NCBI RefSeq assembly: GCF_009914755.1
Contig: NC_060934.1
Strand: one strand, 5' to 3'
Length of the DNA: 64,000 nt
Source of the DNA: the human T2T-CHM13v2.0 reference genome, Homo sapiens
Both the position numbers and the translations under genes were made by a program. Under the pieces are notes generated by a model. It made no database searches and was not told where the DNA came from. It saw nothing but the letters and a program-made list of their open reading frames with translations. Shown here piece by piece: positions 12,363 to 23,900 of the stretch; positions within the stretch are counted from its first letter, which is position 1; each line of letters starts with the position of its first letter.

Positions 12363-14225
12363 AGCCTGCAATTCACCCTGTACCACGCCTTCCACACCTT
12401 ACCTGAAAGTGAAAGTCACTAAGTATAACCAAGAAGGAAATGAAAAGTAGATAAATGACCTCCACCCCCACCCCATGTCCAGCCTGCACATGTTTAAACA
12501 TTCATCAAAGTAAAACCAAAAACTCACGTTAGCTCACGATTGTAACTGGTAGAATCATGTGCATGGCAATTTTAAAAGTCTCATTAAGTAAAAACCTAAT
12601 CGAACCTCTCAAGAAATACAAAGTTTATACAAAAAGACATCTGCAAACATCGACAGTGAGGAAAGGACTTCACTCACCATCCAGCCTGTCCTGGAAGCCA
12701 CGGCCAAATGCCAGGTTGTATAGATCCAAAAAGCAGAAAAAACAGTGCTGAAATGTGTACAGTCTTGGCAATGTACAAATTCAGATGTAGGATGCTCAGA
12801 AACCTTGAATTTCCAATCAGAGAACAGGAACATGAGCAAGTTCCCCAGCAGTGCCCACCTTCTGCCTATAGCATGTGTAACAGGAATGCTGGCCACCTCG
12901 GGGGGACAGAGGCTTCCTGGTGCATTCGCCCTGCCAGCCGCACAGCTGGCCCCACCACAAACACCTGCTAATACTGAAGAACCACCCCCCTTCCTTGGGC
13001 TTTGCTCACTCTAGCCAGGAGAGCGTATTTACACAGTGCATTATCGACTCAGTTCTCGTTCAATACGTCAAGCTTGTTGAAGGCATGGCAACCCCACTCC
13101 TGGCCCAATTAAGTGAACTGAGCAGAACAAATGCCCCCAGTTCGACGGCACTCAGTCACAACAGCAACGGCCACCATTCACAGGGTGCTGGCTTCGTGCC
13201 GGGAACAGTTCCAGGCGTCTTCTTTGTCCGAGGAATTTACACTGCAACCCTGCAGGGCCGTTCGCAATGTTCACCAGAGGGTTCTGAGGCAGCCAAGTCC
13301 AGGCTGTCTGTGGGCCTCACCGCATGGCCGTCCGTGTCCCCCTGCAGACCAGACCTCACTCCAAGGACCGCGGGTTCCAGGGCTGCCTTGAGGCACATGC
13401 TCCCTTCGCCACCTCCTCCTGGCCCCTGACACCGACCCTCACCATTGCTGCCAACACCGTATTTCCTCATGGCTCCTGAGGGACCTGGTCTTTCTGCACG
13501 TCCCTGCTCCCTGCGTCCGGCTTGGAGGATGCCCGTATCAACGCCAACATTCACGTAATCACCACCCCCCTTCCATGGGGGGCTTTATGCCTAGGAGTCT
13601 CAATATCAGAATGTCGGATTCCTGTGCTTGGAGGATTTATTCCCACTGTGGAAGTGAAGGGGGTAAAATTCTAGGTGCCTGCAATAACCTCATTTCTGTA
13701 GCTAAGCAACTTCAGTAGTAGCAAAAAACAAGCTTTTTTTAACTTCTTTTATACAAGCTAAAAACAATTTTTACGTCCACGTTCTCATCAGCTCCCACCT
13801 GGTGAGCAGGCAGATAGTAATTTTCAGAAAAACAAATTGTTCCATAATTTTAACACTTAGTGTTATCACTATTAAGAATTATAAACGTTAATTACATAAC
13901 TATCCAAAATGCCTCAGGGAAAAAAATGTCATCCAATTGGTTCTTTAAAGTGTTACAAATGCAGCTGAGTTTTAATAGTAACTTGTCCATAATTGTCAAA
14001 AGAATCTTTAAAAATCTTAATACTGAAAGAATAACCATAAATGGATATAAAATACAAAGCAGAAGAGTTAACATTTGAGGTAGATTGTGGCCTATATTTT
14101 TAACATATGCATAGTTATTTACCTAGCTGAAGTACATCCCTCTCCTCCTAGGCTCTTCCAAGCTGATTTTCAAACATAGACTGGCTTTTGGTTCATGAAG
14201 GCAGATTTAAAAGATGTCAGGATCG

Positions 14226-14530
14226 GGCCGGGTGCAGTGGCTCACACCTTTAATCCCAGCACTTTGGGAGGCCAAAGTGGGCCAATCACTTGAGGTAAGG
14301 AGTTCAAGACCAGCCTGGCCAATATGGCAAAACCCTGTCTCTACTAAAAATTTTTGTAATTAGCCAAGCGTGGTGGCATACACTAATAATCCCGCTACTC
14401 AAGAGGCTGAGGCAGGAAGAACTGCCTGAACCCGGGAGGCAGAGGTTGCGGTGAGCCAAGATCGCATCACTGCACTCCAGCCTGGGCAACAGAGTGAGAC
14501 TGTCTCAAAAAAATAAAAATAAAAATAAGA
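14226..14530 (+). mobile_element. AluS-type SINE
   Basis: Full dimer GGCCGGGTGCAGTGGCTCACACC...GAGACTGTCTCAAAAAAAT. Confidence 0.93.
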
Positions 14531-15160
14531 AAGCCTTCAGAAAAAGCTATGAGCACCGCCCCCACCCAACCCAAGCAATCACACGGCAATGGTTATCACC
14601 TGATTTTCACACAATAGATAAAATTCTATTCTCGTCTCTAAACACTATGGTAAACACCTGCCATCAACCCACAGAAACTCCTGGGACCCAATAACACTGA
14701 ACTAGCAAGATTAACAGGCCACACACGGAGAGTTTAGCTGCAGAAAGTGATGGCACTAAGAATATGTCTGTGCTCAAACCAGATTCCTTGCTTTCGGGGT
14801 GAAGGGGCTTCCCCAGGAAGATCTAGTCCAGTGGGATGGTTTCCACTTCCACGACGAGAGGAAACGAGGGGGTTTCCTGAAGCCACTGGCATGACTTGGG
14901 TCTCTGTACCTTTGTCCTCCATCCTGTTATGGGATGAGGGTGGGCTGAAGGCAGGTTCTCCCTACATCTTCCGGGCAGGAAAGATGGAGCTGACAAGCAG
15001 ATGACAGCTTTTCCAAAATGTTCCCACGTTTATAACCTGTTGTTGACCTGCTTTCCCTGGAGATCAGTGAAGTGGCATCATTGATTCTCTTCCATTAGGG
15101 ACAACCGGGCAGTATGGGAGGCGGGGGAGAGGAGGGGGGGGATGGGGAGGGGATGGGGGG

Positions 15161-15350
15161 GATGGGGGGGAAGGGAGGGGAAAGGGGGGGAAGGGAGGGG
15201 AAAGGGGGGGAAGGGAGGGGAAAGGGGGGGAAGGGAGGGGAAAGGGGGGGAAGGGAGGGGAAAGGGGGGGAAGGGAGGGGAAAGGGGGGGAAGGGAGGGG
15301 AAAGGGGGGGAAGGGAGGGGAAAGGGGGGGAAGGGAGGGGAAAGGGGGAG
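15161..15350 (+). repeat. Purine-only 20-bp tandem repeat (AAAGGGGGGGAAGGGAGGGG)n, ~9 copies
   Basis: Exact 20-bp periodicity across 15181-15340. Confidence 0.95.
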
Positions 15351-15409
15351 GGGGGAAGGGGCGAAGGGGAAGGGGGTAAGGTGGACAGTGGGACAGGGGA
15401 AGGGGGTAA

Positions 15410-16818
15410 GGGGGGGACAGGGGGTAGGGTGGGAGGGGGGGACGGGGTAGGGTGGGAGGGGGGGACGGGGTAGGGTGGGGGGGGACAGGGGGTAGGGTGG
15501 GGGGGGGGACAGGGGTAGGGTGGGGGGGGGACAGGGGTAGGGTGGGAGGGGGGGACAGGGGTAGGGTGGGAGGGGGGGACAGGGGTAGGGTGGGAGGGGG
15601 GGACAGGGGGTAGGGTGGGGGGGGACAGGGGGTAGGGTGGGGGGGGGACGGGGTAGGGTGGGGGGGGGACGGGGTAGGGTGGGAGGGGACAGGGGGTAGG
15701 GTGGGAGGGGGGGACAGGGGGTAGGGTGGGAGGGGGGGACAGGGGGTAGGGTGGGGGGGGGGACAGGGGTAGGGTGGGAGGGGGGGACAGGGGTAGGGTG
15801 GGGGGGGGACAGGGGTAGGGTGGGAGGGGGGGACAGGGGTAGGGTGGGAGGGGGGGACAGGGGTAGGGTGGGAGGGGGGGACAGGGGGTAGGGTGGGGGG
15901 GGACAGGGGGTAGGGTGGGAGGGGGGGACAGGGGTAGGGTGGGAGGGGGGACAGGGGTAGGGTGGGAGGGGGGACAGGGGGTAGGGTGGGAGGGGGGACA
16001 GGGGGTAGGGTGGGAGAGGGGGACAGGGGTAGGGTGGGAGGGGGGGACAGGGGTAGGGTGGGAGGGGGGACAGGGGTAGGGTGGGAGGGGGGGACAGGGG
16101 TAGGGTGGGAGGGGGGACAGGGGTAGGGTGGGAGGGGGGACAGGGGTAGGGTGGGAGGGGGGGACAGGGGTAGGGTGGGAGGGGGGACAGGGGTAGGGTG
16201 GGAGGGGGGACAGGGGTAGGGTGGGAGGGGGGACAGGGGTAGGGTGGGAGGGGGGGACAGGGGTAGGGTGGGAGGGGGGGACGGGGTAGGGTGGGAGGGG
16301 GGGACGGGGTAGGGTGGGAGGGGGGGACGGGGTAGGGTGGGAGGGGGGGACGGGGTAGGGTGGGAGGGGGGGACGGGGTAGGGTGGGAGGGGGGGACGGG
16401 GTAGGGTGGGAGGGGGGGACGGGGTAGGGTGGGAGGGGGGACGGGGTAGGGTGGGAGGGGGGGACGGGGTAGGGTGGGAGGGGGGGACGGGGTAGGGTGG
16501 GGGGGGACAGGGGGTAGGGTGGGGGGGGGCACAGGGGGTAGGGTGGGGGGGGACAGGGGGTAGGGTGGGGGGGGACACAGGGGGTAGGGTGGGGGGGACA
16601 GGGGGTAGGGTGGGGGGGGACAGGGGGTAGGGTGGGGGGGGACAGGGGGTAGGGTGGGGGGGGACAGGGGGTAGGGTGGGGGGGGACAGGGGGTAGGGTG
16701 GGGGGGGACAGGGGGTAGGGTGGGGGGGGACGGGGGGTAGGGTGGGGGGGGACGGGGTAGGGTGGGGGGGGACAGGGGGTAGGGTGGGAGGGGGGACAGG
16801 GGGATGGGGGAGGGGGAT
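15410..16818 (+). repeat. G-rich minisatellite, 22-25-bp unit (GGGGTAGGGTGGGAGGGGGGGACA), ~55-60 copies
   Basis: Read directly; explains the Pro-rich minus-strand ORFs of 484-739 aa. Confidence 0.97.
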
Positions 16819-18371
16819 GCGCAGGTGCCTGCTGTGCATGGAACCCAAGCCCCTCGCAGAGCTCAGGATGAACCCAGTTTCCAGGCCCGGGGCCATCATC
16901 AGCCAGGAGAGGCATCCGCGGCACTTCCCAGCAATGGCCACAGGAAGTACCAACTCAGGCCCATCAGGGGCTTCCTCACTGTGGGGGTTTTTAAAAGTAG
17001 AGCACAGAGGTTCAGGTCTAGTGGCACAGTCAAACGTTGACAGACTCCATGGAAACACGGACTTGGCCCCTCCATCCCACCAGCCTGCATGGCCGCCCCT
17101 CTCCGCTCCCATCATACACATCCCCATCCAGCCAAGCCCCTTCTCCTTTTCCCTTCTCCATTTCTCCACTGGATTCATCAAATCAAACCTTGCTGTCCTT
17201 GGCAAATGTACCATGAATTTACTTACTGCCCAGAACAAAAGCACACTTCCAGTTAACATGACACCCCCACTATGGTAGAACACAGCCCTAATTCAGACAT
17301 TAGGTGAAGGAACAAGGGAGGGGAGTCGAGGGCAGTCCTGAGTCAGCAGCTGTTTTCTGGGGAAAGCCTCTGGCCCACCCAAGCCCGACGCTCCGCCCCA
17401 CACTGTCCTGGTGTCTGAAAGCTCCATGAAGACAGGGTCACTCTGACCCCTTCACACCCACAACGCCGAAGAGGAGCAGGTGTTTGGAAAAAGCCTCCTG
17501 CTGGCGGTGAAGGCAAGAATAATTCCTCATGATACCCAGAATGTCAGAAGAAAAGAAGGCACCATATGGACGCCTTCCAAGTGAATTTTGGAATGATTCT
17601 ACCGAATGCCATTCATCCTTTTTCAGAACAAAATCAATACCAGAAACGTGTCACCAGCAGAAAGATGGTCCCTTTGATTGACGGCTTACAAACACAAGTA
17701 TGTTACACTGAATTTATCTCAAGCCACCCTCTCTGTGATAATATAAAAGGTCTCTTTATTAACAACCAGTAGCCTTTCTCATCTGGTGCTTTTTAACAAG
17801 AGGGTCCTGTAACCCTCAGGCATTGTCTAAACGTCAAATGGAAGCCTAGGATCCTCTTCTGTGCAGTTTCACCACAAAGTATTTTGACTTGAGCCAAATC
17901 ATGCTATTCCTACACCTCCACAGGAAACTCAACGTTTCATCAAGGAAAGGCAGCATGATTTCTGCTAGGCAGTTTGGTGGGGTGGGCGTGGGGTTGAGGG
18001 AACATCACATGGAAAGCACACCCCGATATCACCAGCCTGACAGCCACACTGGCCAGCAAGTCCTGGTCAGCTCGGTCTCTGCACAGTCACAGGCATGAGG
18101 CCTGGAGGGCGGACACCCAGTGCTGCTGACCACCCCAAGGTCATGGCCTCTGCCTCTTCTCTGCTGACCCGTCAGTTCCAAGCTTCTGGCAACACCACCT
18201 GCTGCCCCTGCTGCCTGACTGACTCCTTCGTGAAAAGCGGCGTTGCCAGGATAGCTTATGAGTACAACTGCCAGGAAAGCAGCTCCGATTGATGCTGAAA
18301 CCCTGCTCTTGCACCGCTGGCAGCTCCCCTGGCCCTGATGTGTACGCACTTGCAGCTCTGACCTTGCTCAG

Positions 18372-18708
18372 TGTCCACACAGGCTTTCCCCCAGAAACGC
18401 ACAGGTTGAAATCCTCACCCCCAACGTGACAGTGTCAGGAGGTCTTTGGGAGGTGATGAGTTCCCGAAGCTGGAGCCCCATGAATGGGGTTTGTGCCTCA
18501 GAAAGGGGCCCAGCAACTCTCTTGCCCTCCCACTGTGTCAGGGCCAGAGAGAAGGCGTGTGCCAACCAGGAAGGGGCCCACACCAGAACCCACCCATGCT
18601 GCACCCTCATGCCACCTTCCACCCTCCAGAACTGTGAGAAACAAATTCCTGTTGTTTAGAGGCCAGTCAATGGTGTTTTGTTACAGCAGCCTTAGCTGCC
18701 TGAGACGA
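18372..18708 (+). mobile_element. MaLR solo LTR (MLT1A-like)
   Basis: GTTGAAATCCTCACCCCCAACGTGACAGTG...CCTCCAGAACTGTGAGAAACAAATTCCTGTTGTTTA...GTTTTGTTACAGCAGCC. Confidence 0.85.
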
Positions 18709-21700
18709 CAATGCTCACCGTCCTACAGAGATGGCTACTCCCCTCTTCCAGAAAGAGGTTTAATTAAAATCCCTGTCTCTCCTCACCGCCACCACAGATC
18801 CCACCTCCAGCAGTTACTAGGATTAAAGGAAAAGGAGGATCATTTTAGACCAGCCCCTCGACGTCAGTCTGAAGCCTGTAACTTTGCCCACTTCCATGGT
18901 GGCCGTGTCAAACTCCCCATGCCAGCTCTGCATCTGCACTGGGTCCCAGGCTCTGCACAGACTCCTCCAGCTGTCCATCCAGCACACCCATTTCCCCTTC
19001 TGCTTTGCAGATTGTCCTTCAACATCCAACCCCCACCTGCAGCCCAAGGGCTTCCGATCCAGCCATTAGGGGTGAGCCCAGCTGTGCACTGGAGTCCTTG
19101 GCTCAGGTAACCCAGGCCTAAGCCGCTGGCACCAACGATCTCCTGGCTGCAGGGTCTGCACAGCCACTAGCTGCCCCGGCCACACCAGGGCCCAGGAGGG
19201 AAGGCAGAGGAAGCTGTGAAGCTGCCAACAGCTGTAAGGGGACAGGGGAGCCCCTGGGATGAGGTGGATGCCATGGAAGGAAATTCAGAGAAAGACCCCC
19301 GGGGGCTGGATGGGTCATGCCCAAAGCCTGCACTGCTGAGTTTTCGAGGTTTCTGAACTCATTCAATCGCTGACCCACGCAGCACGTTTCCTGAGTGCTG
19401 ACCCCGCGTGGTATTGGATATGGCAATAAGGCAGGACCCCCACCTCCCCTCCCCCACACATACATGGGACCTCCATCCTGGTGGGAAATCAGGACGTGCA
19501 CAGGCCTGGGTCCCCCCAGCTGGCACCACGAGCCTGGGAAGAGGGCCGTTTCAGATGCACAGTGGGTGCAGCCTTGCCAAGGGGCCCAGCAGTCACCTAC
19601 ACTGCCACAGCCAGGCTGAGTCAGGATCAACCGCACAGAAACCTGACCCTCTCAAGGGCGCACCTGAGCTCATTAGGGACAGAAACCGTCTCCTGCTCAT
19701 CGCTAACACTTTCTCTGCATGTCTAGTTACAAACGGACGACGCAGTCTTGAAGCACAGCTGTGACGTGGAGACAGATCCCAGGCCTCCCCCCTGCTCCTC
19801 TACTTGTTGCCATTGAGGGGGAGGGGCCAGTATGGCCACAAGGCTGCACACCCACAGCCACCCAGCCACTGAGACGTGGGCCTTTGATGGCTGCTTCTCC
19901 CAAAGAACCCTTCTCCGTCTTGGAGCACACCATGGCGGGCAGGAAGCTCCACTCGGAGAAACAGCGATGGTTCTCCCCAGAGCCAACGGAGGCCCCCACC
20001 CTGCATTCAGCAGTTTACTTACATTCTGGAAAACATCTGAATTAATGGGTAACACTAAAATGAACAGGTCATGCAAGGAAGTTTAGAAGGTCGTGTGAAG
20101 TCTCAGCAGGCCCAAAGGTTTCCGAGAACCAAGGCGGCTGGGGTCGACATGCTTACAGGCAAAGTTTCCACACGGGCCTTCAACAAGCAACGCTCAGCAG
20201 GGAGGGCCGCACTCTGGGCAGAACCTCAGAACCAGAACATCAGACGCCACAAAGTCACATCAGAGCCGACAGCAACTGAAATACAGCACTTTCCGAAGAC
20301 GTGTGCGTTACCTGCAGAAAGTTACTAGACATTAATTTAAGATGGGGGAAGAAAAGGATAAAGTTAGAAATAAATTTAAAGTAATTTCTGCATATAAAAA
20401 AAATTCTATACCCACTGGCTTTCTGGGAGTAACAACTTTTACATGAGATGCACATCCCAGTTGGAAGGAGTTTGGGTTTTCCGTGGGCAGAGACAGGGCT
20501 CTCCAGGAAACATGAACCCTTTCTCACTCACTGAGCCACGTGCCCTGGGGCCGTCCTGACCTGTCTGAGCAGCTCCCTGCTCTGCCTGCAGCTCCTTCCG
20601 CACTCCCTCGCTGCTCCCAGAGCCTGCACTGGCCCAGGATCTCGTCTTCTGCTGCTGTCAACCATCTGCTGCCAAAGTTTCACTTTAGGGCAAATAAGTT
20701 GGAAACCAAAAAATTCTAAGACCCCTTGGGCTTTTTAACAATTTGTCTTCTCAGAAAAAGAACACTAATTCTACTTCCATGGTTTAATATGTTGCCTCCA
20801 TCTGCATGTTCATGGATATGTGTTTTTATATATGTTTTAATCAATACTTTTAAAGTCATACACTGTTGGCTACATTCAGTTTAATTACATTTGACGTTAA
20901 GTTTTAAATTCAGTGAATTCAGGCACTCAAAATTTAAGCCCTCTGACATCTATTAATCAAATGGAAATATGACAAGTAGGTATTACAAAAATCAAGTGAA
21001 GTATTTAATATAAATCCTGGACTTTTGGATATTTCCACAAATGTAATGTATACATTAGTAAACAAACGAGCATTTTCACAAATCTTTGAACTCAAATTCC
21101 ATTTTTAACTTTTACAGGTAAATCAATATCCATATGTGATTTTAAGCAGATCAAGCATCAGCTCTTAAAAACAACCAGAAATGCTGCAGGCAAATCCCAC
21201 CAAGCAGCAAACAAAGGAACAGCACCCAACAACTGAACACCTCCCCTGAGGCATCTGGAATGTGAGGATTACGAGCAGCCTGTGGATTCTGAGGTGCCTG
21301 AGTGGGGACTCCCGACTCCCCAAGTCTAAGAGAAGGCCTCAATGATAAGGAAAACTCGTCAAAAAATCATCCCTGGCCACATGCTCATCCCTGCCTGCCC
21401 CCAGGCACATGCTTACAAGTCTCGCTTCCTCTCTGCCCCCCAAAGCCTGACGTGTGGTCCCAGCCCTGCTGCTCACTGGGGTGAGACCATGAGCATCACT
21501 GCACCTGTAAGGGGAGAAGCCGGTCCAGATATAGGATCCTGGCTATCCTGGCAGTGCTCAAGCTCACTGATACTGTAATTAACTTTGTAGTGAGTTACTT
21601 AATGCAAAGGTTTAACTTTTGAATAATTTAGATTTGTGTATTCTAATGGGGAAATCCTGAATGTAGAACACAGGAGACACCCTCACACAGATTCTATCTG

Positions 21701-21709
21701 GCCAGCACT

Positions 21710-22782
21710 ATTTTTTGTTTGCCTTTTCAATAGACTTTTTAAAAAGCGGTTTTCGGTTCATAGCAAAATCGGGAGGAAAGCACAGAGTCCTCACGTATCT
21801 CCTTCCCCAGCACATGCACAGCCTCCATCATTCCCCCACCCCCACCGGACCAGCATGTCTGTACAAATGACAGACCCGCATCAACACAGCACCACCACCC
21901 AGAGTCCATAGCTCACACGAGGTCTCAGCCTGCTGCTGCTCACTCTGTGGGTTTCACAGACGTGGAACAGCATGGATCCCCCATGACAGCCCCACACGGA
22001 GTTGCTTCCCCACCCTAAACAGCCCCTATGCTCCTCCCATTCACCCCTCCCCTCCCCAACCCCTGGCAGCTGCTGACCGTTTTACTGTCTCTGCAGCTGT
22101 GCCTTTTCCAGGCTGTCCTGTCGTTGGACTCAGACAGCAGGCAGCCTTCCCAGATTGGACTCTCACTTAGCAACATGCATTTAAGATCCTTCCATGTCTT
22201 TTCATGGATTAGTGGTCCAGTTCTTTTTAGTGTTGAATAATATCCCAGTTTCTGATGTACCACAGTTTATCCATTCACCTACTGAAGGGCATCTTGGTTG
22301 CTTTCAAGTTTTGGCAGTTATAAAAGCTGCTGTCAACATCTGTGTGCAGATTTCCGCATGGAAGTAAACTTCAGCTCCTGAGTAAATGTCCAGGACTGTG
22401 GTTGCTCCTGTGGTCGGAGTGCTTAGTTCCATGGGAAACCGCCTTCCACAGCAGCTGCCCCACTTTTCCCAGCCACAAGTGAGGGTCCTGATGCCCCACA
22501 AGCCCACCAGCACGCGGCGGTGTCGCAGTTCCAGTTTTGGCCAGGCTGCTGGGTGCGCAGTGGCGCCTCGCCCTACGACATAAGACACGGACCATCTTTC
22601 CACATGTGGATTTGCCATCTGTGTCTCTTCTTTGTTGGGGTATCTGTCCAAGGTCTTTGGTCCATTTTTTCATCAGGTGGTTCATTTTCTTATTATTGGG
22701 TTTTGAGAGTTCCTTGCATGGTTTGGATAACAGCCTTTATCAGATGAGCCTTTTGTAGATACGTTCTCCCCGTCTGCGTGGC
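21710..22782 (-). mobile_element. L1MC-type LINE 3' portion
   Basis: Reversed 3'UTR motifs (CACATGCACAGCCTCC, CACCCAGAGTCCATAG, TCACTTAGCAACATGCATTTAAG, CCACAGTTTATCCATTCACCTACTGAAGGGCATCTTGGTTGC) followed by the ORF2 end. Confidence 0.88.
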
Positions 22783-23900
22783 CCACAAGCTCGTTTCTAC
22801 CTGACGCAAAGGACCCTGGAGTGAGGATACAGGGACTCTGCATGACCAACACGCTCGTTTCTACCTGAGCAAAGGACCCTGGAGTGAGGGAACTGTGTGT
22901 GACCAACACGTTCATTTCTACCTGACACTAAGGACGCTGGAGTGAGGATGCACGGACTGTGTGTGACACATACACTCATTTCTACCTGAGGAGTGAGGAT
23001 GCAGGGACTCTACGTGACCCACGCGCTCATTTCCACCTGATGCAAAGGACCCTGGAGTGAGGATGCAGGGACTCTGTGTCACCCACACACTCGTTTCTAC
23101 CTTACACAAATGACCCTGGAGTGAAGATGCAGGGACTCTGACCCACAAGCTCGTTTCCACCTGATGCAAAGGACCCTGGAGTAAGGATGCAGGGACTGTG
23201 TGTGACCCACACACTCGTTTCCACCTGAGCAAAGGACCCTGGAGTGAGGATGCAGGGACTCTGTGTGACCCACACACTCGTTTCTACCGGATGCAAAGGA
23301 CCCTGGAGTGAGGATGCAGGGACTCTGTGTGACCCGCACACTCGTTTCTACCGGATGCAAAGGACCCTGGAGTGAGGATGCAGGGACTCTGTGTCACCCA
23401 CACACTCGTTTCTACCGGATGCAAAGGACCCTGGAGTGAAGATGCAGGGGCTCTGTGTCACCCACACACTCGTTTCTACTGGATGCAAAGGACCCTGGAG
23501 TGAAGATGCAGGGACTCTGTGTCACCCACACACTCGTTTCTACCGGATGCAAAGGACCCTGGAGTGAAGATGCAGGGACTCTGCGTGACCCACACACTCG
23601 TTTCCACCTGAGCAAAGGACCCTGGAGTGAGGATGCAGGGACTCTGCATGACCCACACGCTCGTTTCCACATGACACAAAGGACCCTGGAGTGAGGATGC
23701 AGGGACTCTGTGTGACCCGCACACTCGTTTCTACCGGATGCAAAGGACCCTGGAGTGACGATGCAGGGACTCTGTGTCACCCACACACTCGTTTCTACTG
23801 GATGCAAAGGACCCTGGAGTGAAGATGCAGGGACTCTGTGTGACCAACACGCCCGTTTCCACCTGACGCAAAGGACCCTGGAGCGAGGATGCAGGGACTG
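22782..23900 (+). repeat. Minisatellite, 64-bp unit, ~18 copies
   Basis: GACCCACACACTCGTTTCTACCGGATGCAAAGGACCCTGGAGTGAGGATGCAGGGACTCTGTGT; period 64 (23281 vs 23345). Confidence 0.97.

Noticed and set aside
15410-16818. Interstitial telomeric repeat or SVA hexamer/VNTR
   Set aside because: It contains GTAGGG rather than TTAGGG, and no SVA Alu-like or SINE-R domain flanks it.
15064-17283. 739-, 609- and 484-aa proline-rich minus-strand ORFs resembling extensin or formin
   Set aside because: They are translations of a C-rich minisatellite strand that lacks stops in all three frames; there is no domain or gene structure.
22782-23900. CRISPR-like appearance of regularly spaced repeats (also 40971-41154 and 53666-54320)
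   Set aside because: Units are head-to-tail with no unique spacers, there are no cas genes, and the DNA is human.
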